Assembly (NCBI GenBank): GCA_963784445.1
Contig: CAWARO010000004.1
Location: 597,523 to 661,522 of the forward strand
Source: an uncultured Acidimicrobiia bacterium
Lineage (GTDB): Bacteria > Acidobacteriota > Vicinamibacteria > Vicinamibacterales > UBA2999
DNA length: 64,000 nucleotides
Reading direction: 5' to 3'
In this document: in pieces, positions 22,227 to 32,023 of the stretch
Layout of the letters: each line of letters begins with the position of its first letter
Numbering within the stretch: the first letter of the stretch is position 1
Position numbers and translations under genes: made by a program
Notes under the pieces: generated by a model
What the model saw: only the letters and a program-made list of their open reading frames with translations
The model's database searches: none
Told to the model about the DNA's origin: nothing

Positions 22227-23165
22227 TCACTCCTTGTAGAGATCGCCGGCCAGATACTTGAGGCCGGTGTCGACCGCAACGGTGGCGACCGTTTTTCCGG
22301 GCCCCAGCTCGCGCGCCACGTCCAGGGCGGCCTTGATGTTCAATCCGCTCGATGTACCCGCGAAGATCCCCTCTTCCCTGGCAGCGCGGCGCGCGACGGC
22401 GCGGCCTTCGTTCTCATCGATCGCGCGCGCTTCGTCGTACATGTCCTTGGTTAAGTGCGGCGGCCAGAATCCAGGTGCCGTGCCCTCGACGCGATGCGCG
22501 CCGCCCTTCCCGGTGGTGAGCAGCGGCGACGTGGCCGGCTCGAGCGCGATAATGCGGGCGCGGCTGCCCGCCGCCTTCAGGGCGCGCGACACGCCGGTGA
22601 GCATGCCCGCCGAACCGACGGCCCCGACGAAGGCGTCGACGCGATCGACCTGCTGCGCGAGCTCGTGGCCGATATTGGCGTAGCCGTCGAGCGCGTCGGC
22701 GTTGTTGAACTGATCGGTCCAGAACGTGTTCGGCTCTTTCATCAGCTCCGCGATGCGCGCCTTGAACTTGTCGAACAACGCCGGCGTGACCTTGCCGCCG
22801 TCACTGGGAATCAGTTCGAGGTCAGCGCCGAAGGCCCGCATCGTATTCAGCTTCTCCTCGGAGAACGCGTCGGACGACAGCGGATGAAAATCGTAGCCTT
22901 TCATGGCGCACACCATGGCCAGCGACGATCCGGTGCTGCCGCCGGTGTACTCGATCACCCGCATGCCCGGCTTCAGCGTGCCGCGCCGTTCCGCTCCCTC
23001 GATCATCGCGAGCGCCATGCGGTCTTTGTACGACCCGGTTGGGTTGAAGTATTCGAGCTTGACGACGACGTCGGCCGAGCCTGGTTGAACAAGGCGCTTA
23101 AGACGGACGACGGGCGTCGAACCGATGGTTTTGAGCACTGAGTCGACCGGAGCTGGTGGTGTCAT
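22227..23165 (-). CDS. Cysteine synthase family PLP enzyme
   Basis: KLEYFNPTGSYKDR (PLP lysine), GSAG loop, GTSSG, DTGLKYL. Confidence 0.88.
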   Translation of the reverse strand: MTPPAPVDSVLKTIGSTPVVRLKRLVQPGSADVVVKLEYFNPTGSYKDRMALAMIEGAERRGTLKPGMRVIEYTGGSTGSSLAMVCAMKGYDFHPLSSDAFSEEKLNTMRAFGADLELIPSDGGKVTPALFDKFKARIAELMKEPNTFWTDQFNNADALDGYANIGHELAQQVDRVDAFVGAVGSAGMLTGVSRALKAAGSRARIIALEPATSPLLTTGKGGAHRVEGTAPGFWPPHLTKDMYDEARAIDENEGRAVARRAAREEGIFAGTSSGLNIKAALDVARELGPGKTVATVAVDTGLKYLAGDLYKE

Positions 23166-23182
23166 TGGCGAAATCTCAACCC

Positions 23183-23212
23183 TGGAACATTGGAACCGTG
23201 GAACTCTGGAAC
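23183..23212. repeat. Four tggaac units at 8-bp period in a divergent intergenic region
   Basis: tggaac at 23183, 23191, 23199 and 23207. Confidence 0.7.
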
Positions 23213-23229
23213 GCTAGTAAGATTCGCGC

Positions 23230-24990
23230 GTGCAACTGACGACGCTCGACTGGTTCATTGTCATCGTCTCCCTCACGCTTTCGTTTGTTCCAGCAATCTA
23301 CTTGATGCGGCGCGCCGGATCGAGCACCACCGAGTTCTTCACCTCGGGCCGCGCGGCGCCGTGGTGGCTGATCGGTGGCTCCATGGTAGCCACCACGTTC
23401 AGTACCGACACCCCGAATCTTGTCACCAATCTCGTTCGCGAGAACGGCGTGGCCAACAACTGGGTGTGGTGGGCGTTCCTGCTCACCGGCATGAGTACAG
23501 TTTTCTTCTATGCCCGGATGTGGCGACGCTCGGGCGTCCTCACCGATCTCGAGTTCTACGAGATTCGCTATTCGGGCACGCCCGCCGCCACCGTGCGCGC
23601 GTTTCGCGCCGTCTATCTCGGGCTGTTCTTCAACATCGTGATCATGGCCACGGTGAATCTCGCCGCCGCCAAGATTGCCAACGTGCTGCTTGGCTGGCCG
23701 ATGTGGCAAACGCTGGCGGTGTGCGCGGTGATCAACGTGGCGTTTGCGTCCATCGCCGGCTTGTGGGGCGTGCTGATCACGGACGTCTTCCAGTTCGTGA
23801 TCGCGATGACGGCATCGATCGCGGCCGCCTACTACGCGCTGCAGCAGCCGCAGGTTGGTGGACTGTCCGGGTTGATGTCGCAGATCCCGCCGGGCACGCT
23901 GCAATTGCTGCCGGATTTCAGCAATTGGCCGTTGACGATGTCGGTGTTGATTCTGCCGCTCACTATCTCGTGGTGGTCGGTCTGGTATCCGGGGTCTGAA
24001 CCCGGCGGCGGCAGCTACATCGCGCAGCGTATTCTTGCCGCAAAGAGCGAGAAAGACGCGCTCGGCGGCACGCTGTTCTTCAACGTGGCGCATTACGCAC
24101 TGCGCCCGTGGCCCTGGATCCTGGTGGCGCTGGCGTCGATGCTCGTTTATCCGCAGCTCGACGACATCGCGCGCGCGTTTCCGTATGTCGATCGAGCGCT
24201 GATCGGCCACGACATGGCGTACCCCGCGATGCTGGTGTTCCTGCCGTCGGGCATGCTCGGCCTGATGGTGGCGGGCCTGCTCGCCGCTTACGTCTCGACG
24301 ATCTCGACGCATCTCAATTGGGGCACGTCGTATCTCGTCCACGACTTGTATCGCCGCTTCATTCGATCGGATGCCTCCGAGAAGCACTACGTGATGATGG
24401 GGCGCGTGGTGACGGCGCTCTTGATGGTGTTTGCGGCTGGCATGACGTTCCTGCTGGAGACCGCGCGCACCGGCTTCGAGTTGCTGCTGTCGATCGGCGC
24501 GGGATCGGGTTTGCTCTACCTGCTGCGCTGGTATTGGTGGCGCATCAACGCGTGGAGTGAGATTGCGGCGATGGCGGTTTCGTTCGTCGTGGCGATCGGC
24601 TTCTTCGTGGCCGGCAGGATGGGCAGCGTGTTTCCGCCGAACACGGCGCTGTTGGTGACGGTGTTCGCGACCACGTTCGCGTGGATTACGGTGACACTGA
24701 TGACGCGTCCCGAAAGCGACGAAACGCTCGTCAGTTTCTATCGCCTGATTCGTCCCGCCGGACCGGGCTGGGGCTCGATTGCCACCAAAGCAGGGGTAGG
24801 CCCCTCACCTGACAGTATCTCCATGCAGCTTCTCGGCTGGGTGCTCGGCTGCACTTTTGTGTACGCCACGCTCTTCGGTTTCGGGAGTGCGCTGTACGGC
24901 CACACGGCGCAGGCGATTGTCTGGGGTGTCGTGTGGATTGTCAGCGGCGCCGGCCTGCTGCGCGTGCTCTCCTCGGTGTGGCGGGGTTAG
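23230..24990 (+). CDS. Sodium:solute symporter (SSS) family protein
   Basis: FFTSGRAAPWW, SMVATTFSTDTP, GGSYIAQR, AAYVSTISTHLNWG; many transmembrane helices. Confidence 0.92.
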   Translation: MQLTTLDWFIVIVSLTLSFVPAIYLMRRAGSSTTEFFTSGRAAPWWLIGGSMVATTFSTDTPNLVTNLVRENGVANNWVWWAFLLTGMSTVFFYARMWRRSGVLTDLEFYEIRYSGTPAATVRAFRAVYLGLFFNIVIMATVNLAAAKIANVLLGWPMWQTLAVCAVINVAFASIAGLWGVLITDVFQFVIAMTASIAAAYYALQQPQVGGLSGLMSQIPPGTLQLLPDFSNWPLTMSVLILPLTISWWSVWYPGSEPGGGSYIAQRILAAKSEKDALGGTLFFNVAHYALRPWPWILVALASMLVYPQLDDIARAFPYVDRALIGHDMAYPAMLVFLPSGMLGLMVAGLLAAYVSTISTHLNWGTSYLVHDLYRRFIRSDASEKHYVMMGRVVTALLMVFAAGMTFLLETARTGFELLLSIGAGSGLLYLLRWYWWRINAWSEIAAMAVSFVVAIGFFVAGRMGSVFPPNTALLVTVFATTFAWITVTLMTRPESDETLVSFYRLIRPAGPGWGSIATKAGVGPSPDSISMQLLGWVLGCTFVYATLFGFGSALYGHTAQAIVWGVVWIVSGAGLLRVLSSVWRG

Positions 24991-25028
24991 AATAACTGAG
25001 CCAGCCCGCCATTCGATCGGAGACTCCC

Positions 25029-25586
25029 ATGACGAGACGTGCTCTCGCCCTCGCTGTTTGTTTGTTCGCATCCGCGCCGGCCTTCGCGCAAGCCATCGAC
25101 TACAGGGTGCTCGCCACGTCGAAGACCTCGACGATGGAAAGAGAAATGAATGACTTTGGCGCGCTCGGCTTCAAGTTCGCGTCGGTGATGGGCGGCGAGA
25201 CCGCCGGCGGCAGTGAAGTGGTGGTGTTGATGCAGAAGGGCGGCACCACGCCGGAGGGGAACTACCGCTACAAGCTGCTCGCCACTTCGAAGACCAGCAC
25301 CATGCAGCAGGAGATGTCCGACGCGGCGCTGGCGGGCTACGACTACGTCGGCCAGACCGTGTTCGCGAGCGCGTTTGGCGGCGACGAAGTGGTGTCGATC
25401 GTCGAGCGCGCCGCGGCGACCGGATCCCAATATGTCTATCGGCTGGTGGCAACGTCCAAGACATCAACGCTCCAGAAGGAGCTGAACGACCTCTCCCGCG
25501 ATGGTTTCTCGGCGCTGGGGATGACGGTGGGCCAGACCGCGCTCGGCGGCAGCGAGCTCGTGGTTATTGCGCGGAAGAAGAAGTAG
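25029..25586 (+). CDS. Secreted hypothetical protein with three internal repeats (DUF4177-like)
   Basis: Signal peptide; three Y(R/K)xxATSKTST(M/L)xxE repeats. Confidence 0.75.
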   Translation: MTRRALALAVCLFASAPAFAQAIDYRVLATSKTSTMEREMNDFGALGFKFASVMGGETAGGSEVVVLMQKGGTTPEGNYRYKLLATSKTSTMQQEMSDAALAGYDYVGQTVFASAFGGDEVVSIVERAAATGSQYVYRLVATSKTSTLQKELNDLSRDGFSALGMTVGQTALGGSELVVIARKKK

Positions 25587-25899
25587 CGCGATCCTCCAGC
25601 GACTGAATTCGGCGCTCGTGATTGAGAAGCGCCAGCTTCAGGATCTCGCGATCGGCGGCGCCCTCCTTTCGGATTGAATCCGTCGTGCGCCGCATTTCGT
25701 CGATGTGTGCCGTGAGGATCTCGACGACGGTCTTCAAGTCGCCGCGCAACGACTCGACACTGACATTGATCTTGTTGTCGAGTGCCTCGAGTTGCGCGAA
25801 GAGTCCGCGGTGTTCTTTGGTGTTGCCGTGGAAGCCCTCGGCCACTGTCTTTTCCAATTGCGCCAGGCGTTCAGCCACTTTCTCCACGGTGTCGGTCAT
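25564..25899 (-). CDS. Small coiled-coil hypothetical protein (paralogue of 37060..37500)
   Basis: Heptad pattern; C-terminal 'RKEGAAD...NHERRIQSLE' resembles the 37060..37500 product. Confidence 0.65.
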   Translation of the reverse strand: MTDTVEKVAERLAQLEKTVAEGFHGNTKEHRGLFAQLEALDNKINVSVESLRGDLKTVVEILTAHIDEMRRTTDSIRKEGAADREILKLALLNHERRIQSLEDRATSSSAQ

Positions 25900-25928
25900 C
25901 GTAGCATCGTCCTTTTGCGCAGTGATCC

Positions 25929-25944
25929 TGCGAATGCGATGCCG
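25929..25944 (-). promoter_or_regulatory. Putative sigma54-type -24/-12 promoter
   Basis: Minus strand cGG-catcgcattc-GCa (GG-N10-GC), inside a block shared with 37527-37598. Confidence 0.5.
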
Positions 25945-26054
25945 CTGCGAAATAGGGCGATTCACGAACGATCTGGCGTGAGCGGGTGGCACGCATCGCA
26001 GATGTTGCGTACGACTCCGCGCGGGAACGGCTCAGTTTGTGCGACACTTCGCCG

Positions 26055-26456
26055 ATGACACCGAAGGGGTTTCGCCGCATCGTGCTCGGCATGCCAGGCG
26101 CCGTCGAAGGCAGCCACATGAGCCATCCCGACTTCCGTGCCGCCAACGGAAAGATCTTCGCCACGCTCAATGAAGACGAAACGCGCGGCATGGCGTCGCT
26201 CACGCCGGACGAGCAGTTCGAGTTCATGAAGAGCGCGCCCGAGGTGTTCGTGCCGGCCGCCGGCGCGTGGGGTCGTCAGGGTGCGACCATGATCATCCTG
26301 GCGAAGGCCGACGAGGAAATGGTCGGCGAAGCGGTGACCCTGGCTTGGAAGCGTATTAGTGCCGGTCCCGGATCGCGATCGAAATCGGCGCCATCGAAGA
26401 CAACTCGGCGCACAGCCGCTGTGCCGCCGCGTCGGGGGAAAAAGCGCCCTTCATGA
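26055..26456 (+). CDS. MmcQ/YjbR family DNA-binding protein
   Basis: EGSHMSHPDFR..GKIFATL, GAWGRQG. Confidence 0.85.
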   Translation: MTPKGFRRIVLGMPGAVEGSHMSHPDFRAANGKIFATLNEDETRGMASLTPDEQFEFMKSAPEVFVPAAGAWGRQGATMIILAKADEEMVGEAVTLAWKRISAGPGSRSKSAPSKTTRRTAAVPPRRGKKRPS

Positions 26457-26460
26457 TGCG

Positions 26461-27150
26461 TCAGACGTCAAACAGTGTCGCCTTGTGAACGAGCTGATAG
26501 TGTTCGTCGACGACGCTGACGTTGAAGATTCTGGTGCCATTGTGCTCGAACTGCCCATGGCCTTCGTGAATGTGCCCGCAGATCAGCACCTTCGGCCTGA
26601 CGCGATCGATGGCCGCCAGCAACTCACGGCTTCCCAGATGATTCGCCCGGCCACTCCGAAAGTCCGGAACTTCGTCGCCGTAGCCGAACGCGGGCTGGTG
26701 CGACACCAGGATGTCGATGCCTTCCGGAATCTCGCGGTAGACCTCGGCGAGCGCTTCGGGCTGGCGCATGAACGACCAGTAGCCGAACTGGTTCGACCAC
26801 GGGCTCGCCCAGAGCGTGATCTTCTGATCGCCTACTGACACATCGGTTGTCTGATCGATCACGATCTGCAGCGCGGTGGTGCGCCCGGCCGGAGGCTCGT
26901 CCGCCGAGAAGTCGCAGGCTTCGCCGCACCAGTCGTGATTGCCCCAGGTCAGCACCTTGTGCGTGGCGGGCGACCGCGCCAGCCACGGCCGCACTAAGCG
27001 GTCGAACCAGTCCTGCTGAAGCGTCGGCGTCTCCGCCGCGACGTGCCGCCCGAATCCATCAGGGCACACATCGCCCGCGATGATCAGGAGATCGCACTGC
27101 GGGATGTCAGGAAGGAAACCGTGTTGATCGCTAATGGCCGCGATCCGCAT
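26461..27150 (-). CDS. Metallophosphoesterase (calcineurin-like)
   Basis: SDQHG, AGD, GNHD, SH, GHIH motifs. Confidence 0.9.
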   Translation of the reverse strand: MRIAAISDQHGFLPDIPQCDLLIIAGDVCPDGFGRHVAAETPTLQQDWFDRLVRPWLARSPATHKVLTWGNHDWCGEACDFSADEPPAGRTTALQIVIDQTTDVSVGDQKITLWASPWSNQFGYWSFMRQPEALAEVYREIPEGIDILVSHQPAFGYGDEVPDFRSGRANHLGSRELLAAIDRVRPKVLICGHIHEGHGQFEHNGTRIFNVSVVDEHYQLVHKATLFDV

Positions 27151-27162
27151 GTCAGTTGAACT

Positions 27163-27369
27163 TCAATCGACTATCTTCTCCAAACGATCGAGCGTTTGGT
27201 GAATCGACGCCACCGTTCTCGCATGACCCTCGGCGGCGAGCTTCAATTCAGCCTTCATTTCCTCCGCGTGGATCTTGTACTCGCCGACAAGGCGGCTTTC
27301 CGCCGCGGCGAACTGCTCGGCGAGTTCCCTCTTCAGGAGTTGGGCGAGTTCCTCGAATTGCGGATCCAT
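27163..27369 (-). CDS. Small helical hypothetical protein (possible short member of the coiled-coil family)
   Basis: 68 aa amphipathic helix; 'EEMKAELKLAAEG' weakly resembles the other coiled-coil genes. Confidence 0.45.
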   Translation of the reverse strand: MDPQFEELAQLLKRELAEQFAAAESRLVGEYKIHAEEMKAELKLAAEGHARTVASIHQTLDRLEKIVD

Positions 27370-27443
27370 GACTGGACGACGATCCTCGCATCGTCCGAAC
27401 GTCTACGCAAGACAGCAAAAGTTGCGTACTTGCAGGTCATAAA

Positions 27444-27720
27444 CGTTAACCAGAGGTCACGGAACGCGCCTTGTGTGGCCTTGGGCCGAGACGATATCTC
27501 CCTCCGTAAACTCTCGTCTCGCCGGAGAAATGTCGCTTGGCGCACCAATCACCCGGCCAACTCGGCCGGCAAGTCTTGGGCCTCAAACAGGGCCTGTCCC
27601 AGCCTCCGCTCCATTTCTCGGTAAGTGATCCGCGTCGGCTCGCTCGAACGTTTACTACGGGAGATATCGTCTCGTCCCGGCGGCCGCGTCGGGCGCGTTC
27701 TGTGACCTCCGTGGCTAACG
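27444..27720 (+). ncRNA. Structured intergenic repeat element, copy A
   Basis: Long nested stems (gaggtcacggaacgcgcc/ggcgcgttctgtgacctc; cgagacgatatctccc/gggagatatcgtctcg) around the core GGCC-AACTCG..CTCAAACAG-GGCC; homologous to copies B-D. Confidence 0.65.
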
Positions 27721-27730
27721 TACGGATGGG

Positions 27731-28966
27731 CTAAATCGAGCTGGTCTTGCCGCCTAACACGGCAATCACGCGATCGATGTCTTCATGCGTATTGAACACC
27801 GACACCGCAAGACGAATGCGATTCTCGTTGCCGATCACCGTTCCTGCAACCTTGCCCGCCTGCAGCATCTTCGACGTCGCCGGCGCGTCTTTCAGTTCGA
27901 ACGCCACGATCGGCGTCTCCGTCTCGCGAGGCGTGAGCGACTTGTAGCCGAGCGGCGGCAATTCGTTCTGCAGGCGATCGGTCAGCTGCTTGGCGTGCGT
28001 GCGAATGTTGGTGAGGCCGCACTTGTTGACGTAGTCGATGCCGGCGTTCACGCAGGCGGCGAGCACCACCGGGATGCCGCCGGTCTCGTATCGCGCCGCG
28101 CCGGGCATCGGCTCCCACGACAACTGCGCGCGGTTGAAGTTCGACACCTGGCGATGTCCGTAGCGCGTGGTCGGCAACACCGTGCCCTGCAGATCTTCAC
28201 GCACGTAAAGGAAGCCGATGCCGCGTTCGCCCATCAGCCACTTGTAGGTGCCAGACGAGGCGAAGTCGATCCCGAGCGCCTTGACGTCCACCGGCACCGC
28301 GCCCACCGCCTGGATGATGTCGGCAAACACCAGCGCGCCGCGCGCGTGCGCGATTGCGCTCACCGACTTGGCGTCGTGCATGAAGCCGTTGACGTTCGAC
28401 ACCAGCGCGATCGACACCAGCTTGGTGTTCTTGTCGATCGCCTTCGCCATGTCTTCCGGATCGATCTTCCAGTTCTTGTGCTTGACGATGCGAAGCTCGA
28501 CGCCTTTCTTCTCGATCTCCTTGTACATGTAGAGGGAGGTCGTGAAGTGGAGCTCGTCGATGACAATGTTAGAGCCCTTTTGTCTCGCGAGATCGAGGCC
28601 CAAGACGACGATGTTTTCGCCGTCGGAGGTGTTGGCGGTGTAGGCGATCTCGGTGGCCTTGGCGTTGATCATCGCGCCGAACTTCGCCTTCAGCGCGTCC
28701 TGCTGGCGGGCATTGAAGTCCGCGCGGCCCTCACCCGGCCCGAGCAGCCGATTGTCGATGACGCCCTTCATCGCATTGGCCGCGAACGTGCCAATCGGAT
28801 GCATCGCCGCTGAATTCAGGTACGTCTCACGCGAGACGGAAGGAAAGTCCGCTCGCACAGATGCTGGGAATATGCCGGGACGAGCGCTCGTTTGGGCAGC
28901 AGCAAACAGAGGCTTGGCCGCAATCGCGAGAGACCCGGCACCGATGAGAAATTCGCGACGATTCAT
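27731..28966 (-). CDS. Aminotransferase class V (cysteine desulfurase/selenocysteine lyase-like) with Tat signal
   Basis: MNRREF Tat motif; YLNSAA, DIIQAVG, SGTYKWLMG (PLP lysine), RYETG. Confidence 0.85.
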   Translation of the reverse strand: MNRREFLIGAGSLAIAAKPLFAAAQTSARPGIFPASVRADFPSVSRETYLNSAAMHPIGTFAANAMKGVIDNRLLGPGEGRADFNARQQDALKAKFGAMINAKATEIAYTANTSDGENIVVLGLDLARQKGSNIVIDELHFTTSLYMYKEIEKKGVELRIVKHKNWKIDPEDMAKAIDKNTKLVSIALVSNVNGFMHDAKSVSAIAHARGALVFADIIQAVGAVPVDVKALGIDFASSGTYKWLMGERGIGFLYVREDLQGTVLPTTRYGHRQVSNFNRAQLSWEPMPGAARYETGGIPVVLAACVNAGIDYVNKCGLTNIRTHAKQLTDRLQNELPPLGYKSLTPRETETPIVAFELKDAPATSKMLQAGKVAGTVIGNENRIRLAVSVFNTHEDIDRVIAVLGGKTSSI

Positions 28967-28978
28967 GACCGCTCCTTT

Positions 28979-29054
28979 GGCACCGGCACCCGGCACCCAC
29001 CCTTAGGCACCCCTACGCACCCGTACGCACCGTACGCACCTTGGCACCGGTGCC
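28979..29054. repeat. Degenerate short tandem repeat (gcacc / gtacgcacc)
   Basis: ggcaccggcacccggcaccc...tacgcacccgtacgcaccgtacgcacc; reverse-complement array at 46988-47038. Confidence 0.7.
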
Positions 29055-29058
29055 GTTC

Positions 29059-29961
29059 TTATGTGAGATCCCTAGTGGCCCACATGAAAGCTTGCACATC
29101 GATCATGTCTTTTGCCCCCAGCGGTGCAAGCTTTTCCAACAACTGGGCACCCATTCGTATCGTCTGGTCGTAGGTTTCCCAGTTCGGCGCCGAGTCATAT
29201 TTCAAGTCGTACGACATCCGCGCCGCCATCAATTCGGTATTCGTGGGCTTAAGTGCTATGTACCGCTTCGGGTCGGCGATGAAGGGCAGCAGCGTCACGA
29301 TCGGCCACGTGAACACTTTGCCGCCATCGGCCGGCAGTTTGCCCACGGCTTCTGCCATTGCCTTGAACGTCGGCAGGCCCGGGTTGGCGATGAACGCCAG
29401 CGTGTAGCCGAGCACCTGGGTGGCCGACTCGTCGCCCTTCACGAACGCCTTGTGCACGGCCTTCACTTCGAACGGCGACAGGATGTTGGTGGCGCGATAG
29501 ATGCCGTCGAGCGCGCTGGCGATCTCGGCGTGCTTGCCTTCATCCACCATCGCGGCGCCGCGGCCTTCGCCGAAGTTGGCGCTGAACACTTCCTGCGCGG
29601 CGCGCTTGTTGCGCAGATCGTTGTCGACGAACTTCTCGTCGGCGAACTTCGCGGGATAGGTTTCCTGGAACCACGCGATGGTTTCCTCGAGCGGATGTTG
29701 GATGTCCTTCACCTTCCGCTTCGAGACCTTGCGCGGCTTCGCGGGCCCGGTCTCAACCGCATCCAGCTCGGGATCGCTCTGCACGCTCGACTTGGTCAGC
29801 TGCGCCGCGTCTTCGCGCAGCTTGCGCTGCGGGCCCTGGGGTGAATTGCTCAGCGCAGGGAAGTGGATGATGGCGTAGGGGGAGGCGATCTCGATTACCT
29901 TGCCGCGCTTCCAAACGGTGTGCTCAACGAGCACACCGACATCATTCGGGGTCAAAACCAT
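29059..29961 (-). CDS. Hypothetical protein, DUF3553-like N-terminal SH3-type domain
   Basis: N-terminal 'VGVLVEHTVWKRGKV'; C-terminal 'TWPIVTLLPFIADP...DMIDVQAFMW'; good codon usage and a leaderless -10 box. Confidence 0.65.
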   Translation of the reverse strand: MVLTPNDVGVLVEHTVWKRGKVIEIASPYAIIHFPALSNSPQGPQRKLREDAAQLTKSSVQSDPELDAVETGPAKPRKVSKRKVKDIQHPLEETIAWFQETYPAKFADEKFVDNDLRNKRAAQEVFSANFGEGRGAAMVDEGKHAEIASALDGIYRATNILSPFEVKAVHKAFVKGDESATQVLGYTLAFIANPGLPTFKAMAEAVGKLPADGGKVFTWPIVTLLPFIADPKRYIALKPTNTELMAARMSYDLKYDSAPNWETYDQTIRMGAQLLEKLAPLGAKDMIDVQAFMWATRDLT

Positions 29962-29996
29962 CCGCGTATTCTACTTGCTTATAGAGGATCCGGTTC

Positions 29997-30224
29997 GTCA
30001 CATTGCGCCTTGGGCCGAGACGATGTCTCCCTCCGTAAACTCTCGTCTCGCCGGTCAAAGCTCACTCGGCGCATTGTGCTCTTGGGCCAACTCGCCGGCA
30101 CTCCTTGGGCTCAAACAGGGCCGACTCTGGCCTACGTTCGCTTTGTCGGTAAGTGATCTACGTCGGCTCGCTCGAACGTTTACTTCGGGAGGCATCGTCT
30201 CGTCCCGGCGGCCGCATGCGCGAC
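29997..30224 (+). ncRNA. Structured intergenic repeat element, copy B
   Basis: cgagacgatgtctccc/gggaggcatcgtctcg; gccggtcaaagc/gctttgtcggt; core GGCC-AACTCG..CTCAAACAG-GGCC. Confidence 0.65.
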
Positions 30225-30257
30225 ACCCGCGCGGACAGGACGCACACCATCAGCTGG

Positions 30258-30482
30258 AGCGTGAGCGAGCGCGCGTAGCGCGAGCGGGTATCTCGTGAAG
30301 CTCGCTTTCGACCGAGCCGATGCGCGTCTTTTGACCGACAAACGGAGCGTAGGCCAAGTCAGGCGCTGTTTGAGCCAAGGAGTGCGCGAGTTCGCCGGGC
30401 GCTTGGTGTGCCGAGCGACGTTTGACCGGCGAGAGGAGACGCGAGCGGAACGAGATACCCGATCGCGCGAAAGCGCGCGATC
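30258..30482 (-). ncRNA. Structured intergenic repeat element, copy C (inverted relative to B)
   Basis: Minus strand gggtatctcg/cgagataccc; gccggtcaaacg/cgtttgtcggt; core GGCG-AACTCG..CTCAAACAG-CGCC. Confidence 0.65.
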
Positions 30483-30558
30483 CATCGCAGGGTCAGTTAA
30501 CGAGAACTTGACAATTTCTTAGCATCTCGCCGCATCGCTCCGGATGTAGAACTGTGAG

Positions 30559-31946
30559 ATGAACTTCCTCTCAAAGATTCAATGGACTCTCGTGATCGTG
30601 TTTTTCAGTCACCGTCGCCGCGCCGGCGGCGCAAGAGGTGCGGCGTGGTGGGCCGCCGCCCGAGGTCCGCGCCGTGTTCGATGCGCTGCTCGAGGCGTTG
30701 AACGGCGGCAGCGAAGACGCCTGGGAGACGTTTGCGCAGGCGCGGTTCTCGCCGTCGTTCCTGCAGAAGCAGTCGCGCGCCGAGCGCGCGCAACTCTACC
30801 AGCAGCTGGTCACCAAGTTCGGCACCGTCGCCATCGAAGGGGTCAGACGCGAGGGACCGGACGCGCCGCTGCAGATGAACATCAAGGGCTCGAAGGCCGC
30901 CGGTGTGATTCTGCTGTCGCTCGATGCCGGCTCGCCGCCGCGCATCGACGACCTGCGATTGGGATCGGACGCGCCGCCAAGTGACGCCGTCGCCGGCGGC
31001 GTTTCGGCGCCGCCAATCGATCGCTCGATGACCTCCGCCGAAATCGATCGTCGTCTCGACGGCTATTTCACCAAGCTCGTGGCAGACGATGTGTTTTCGG
31101 GTGTGGCGCTGGTGGCGAGAAACGGCGTGCCGGTGTTCTTCAAGGGCTACGGCCTCGCCGACCGCGAGAAGAAGATCGCCAACACCATCCGCACCCGCTT
31201 CAATCTCGGCTCGATCAACAAGGCATTCACGCAGGTGGCGATTCACCAGCTGGTGGCCGCGGGCAAGCTGTCGTACTCAGACTCGCTCGGGAAATTCTTC
31301 CCCGACTATCCGCAGGCGGCCAGCCGTGCGGCCACGGTGGAGCAGTTGCTCGCTCATCGCGCCGGGTTGTCGGATTTCTTCGGTCCTGAGTTCAACCGCG
31401 CGCCCAAGTCGCAGTTCGCTTCAAACGCCGATTACTTCCGGTTCGTCGGCAGTCAGCCGCCGGCGTTCGCGCCAGGCGCGCGGGAGCAGTATTGCAACGG
31501 CTGCTACATCGCCCTCGGCGCCATCGTCGAACGCGTTTCGGGGATGCCGTATGAGAAATACGTCGCCGAGCAGGTGTTCGCGCGCGCCGAGATGACGAGC
31601 ACCGGGTATCCGCGCAGCGATCGCCCGGAGCCCGACATCGCGCAGGGCTACACTCGCCGCGGCGGCAGATGGCTCGTGGCAGAACAACCTTGCCATGCAC
31701 GGCGTCAGCGGCAGCGCCGCCGGCGGCGGCTATTCCACCGCGCTCGACTTGCTGACCTACGTGAAGGCGGTGAAAGCCGGCCGGTTCCCCAACGCCAATC
31801 CCGAGATGGGCATTGGCGGCGGCGCACCGGGCATCAATGCCATCATCGAAGCCCGCGGCGAGTGGACGGTGATCGTGCTGGCGAATCTCGACCCGCCGGC
31901 AGCCGGTCAGGTGGGCATCGCGATCGCAGATGCACTGGAGCGATGA
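30559..31946 (+). CDS. Serine hydrolase, beta-lactamase family; frameshifts near 30605 and 31670
   Basis: FNLGSINK (SxxK), LLAHRAG, QYCN, GGGYSTALDL, GGAPG across ORFs 30559/30638/31695. Confidence 0.82.
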
Positions 31947-32023
31947 TCAGACCCCGGCGCCAAGTGCGCGAAGCCCCGGCCGAAGTGCGCGAAGCCCCGG
32001 CACGGTCAGAGGCGGCGAGTTGC

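Noticed and set aside
31962-32001. 19-bp direct repeat aagtgcgcgaagccccggc (two copies)
   Set aside because: Only two adjacent copies; most simply a local slippage duplication with no sign of an att site.
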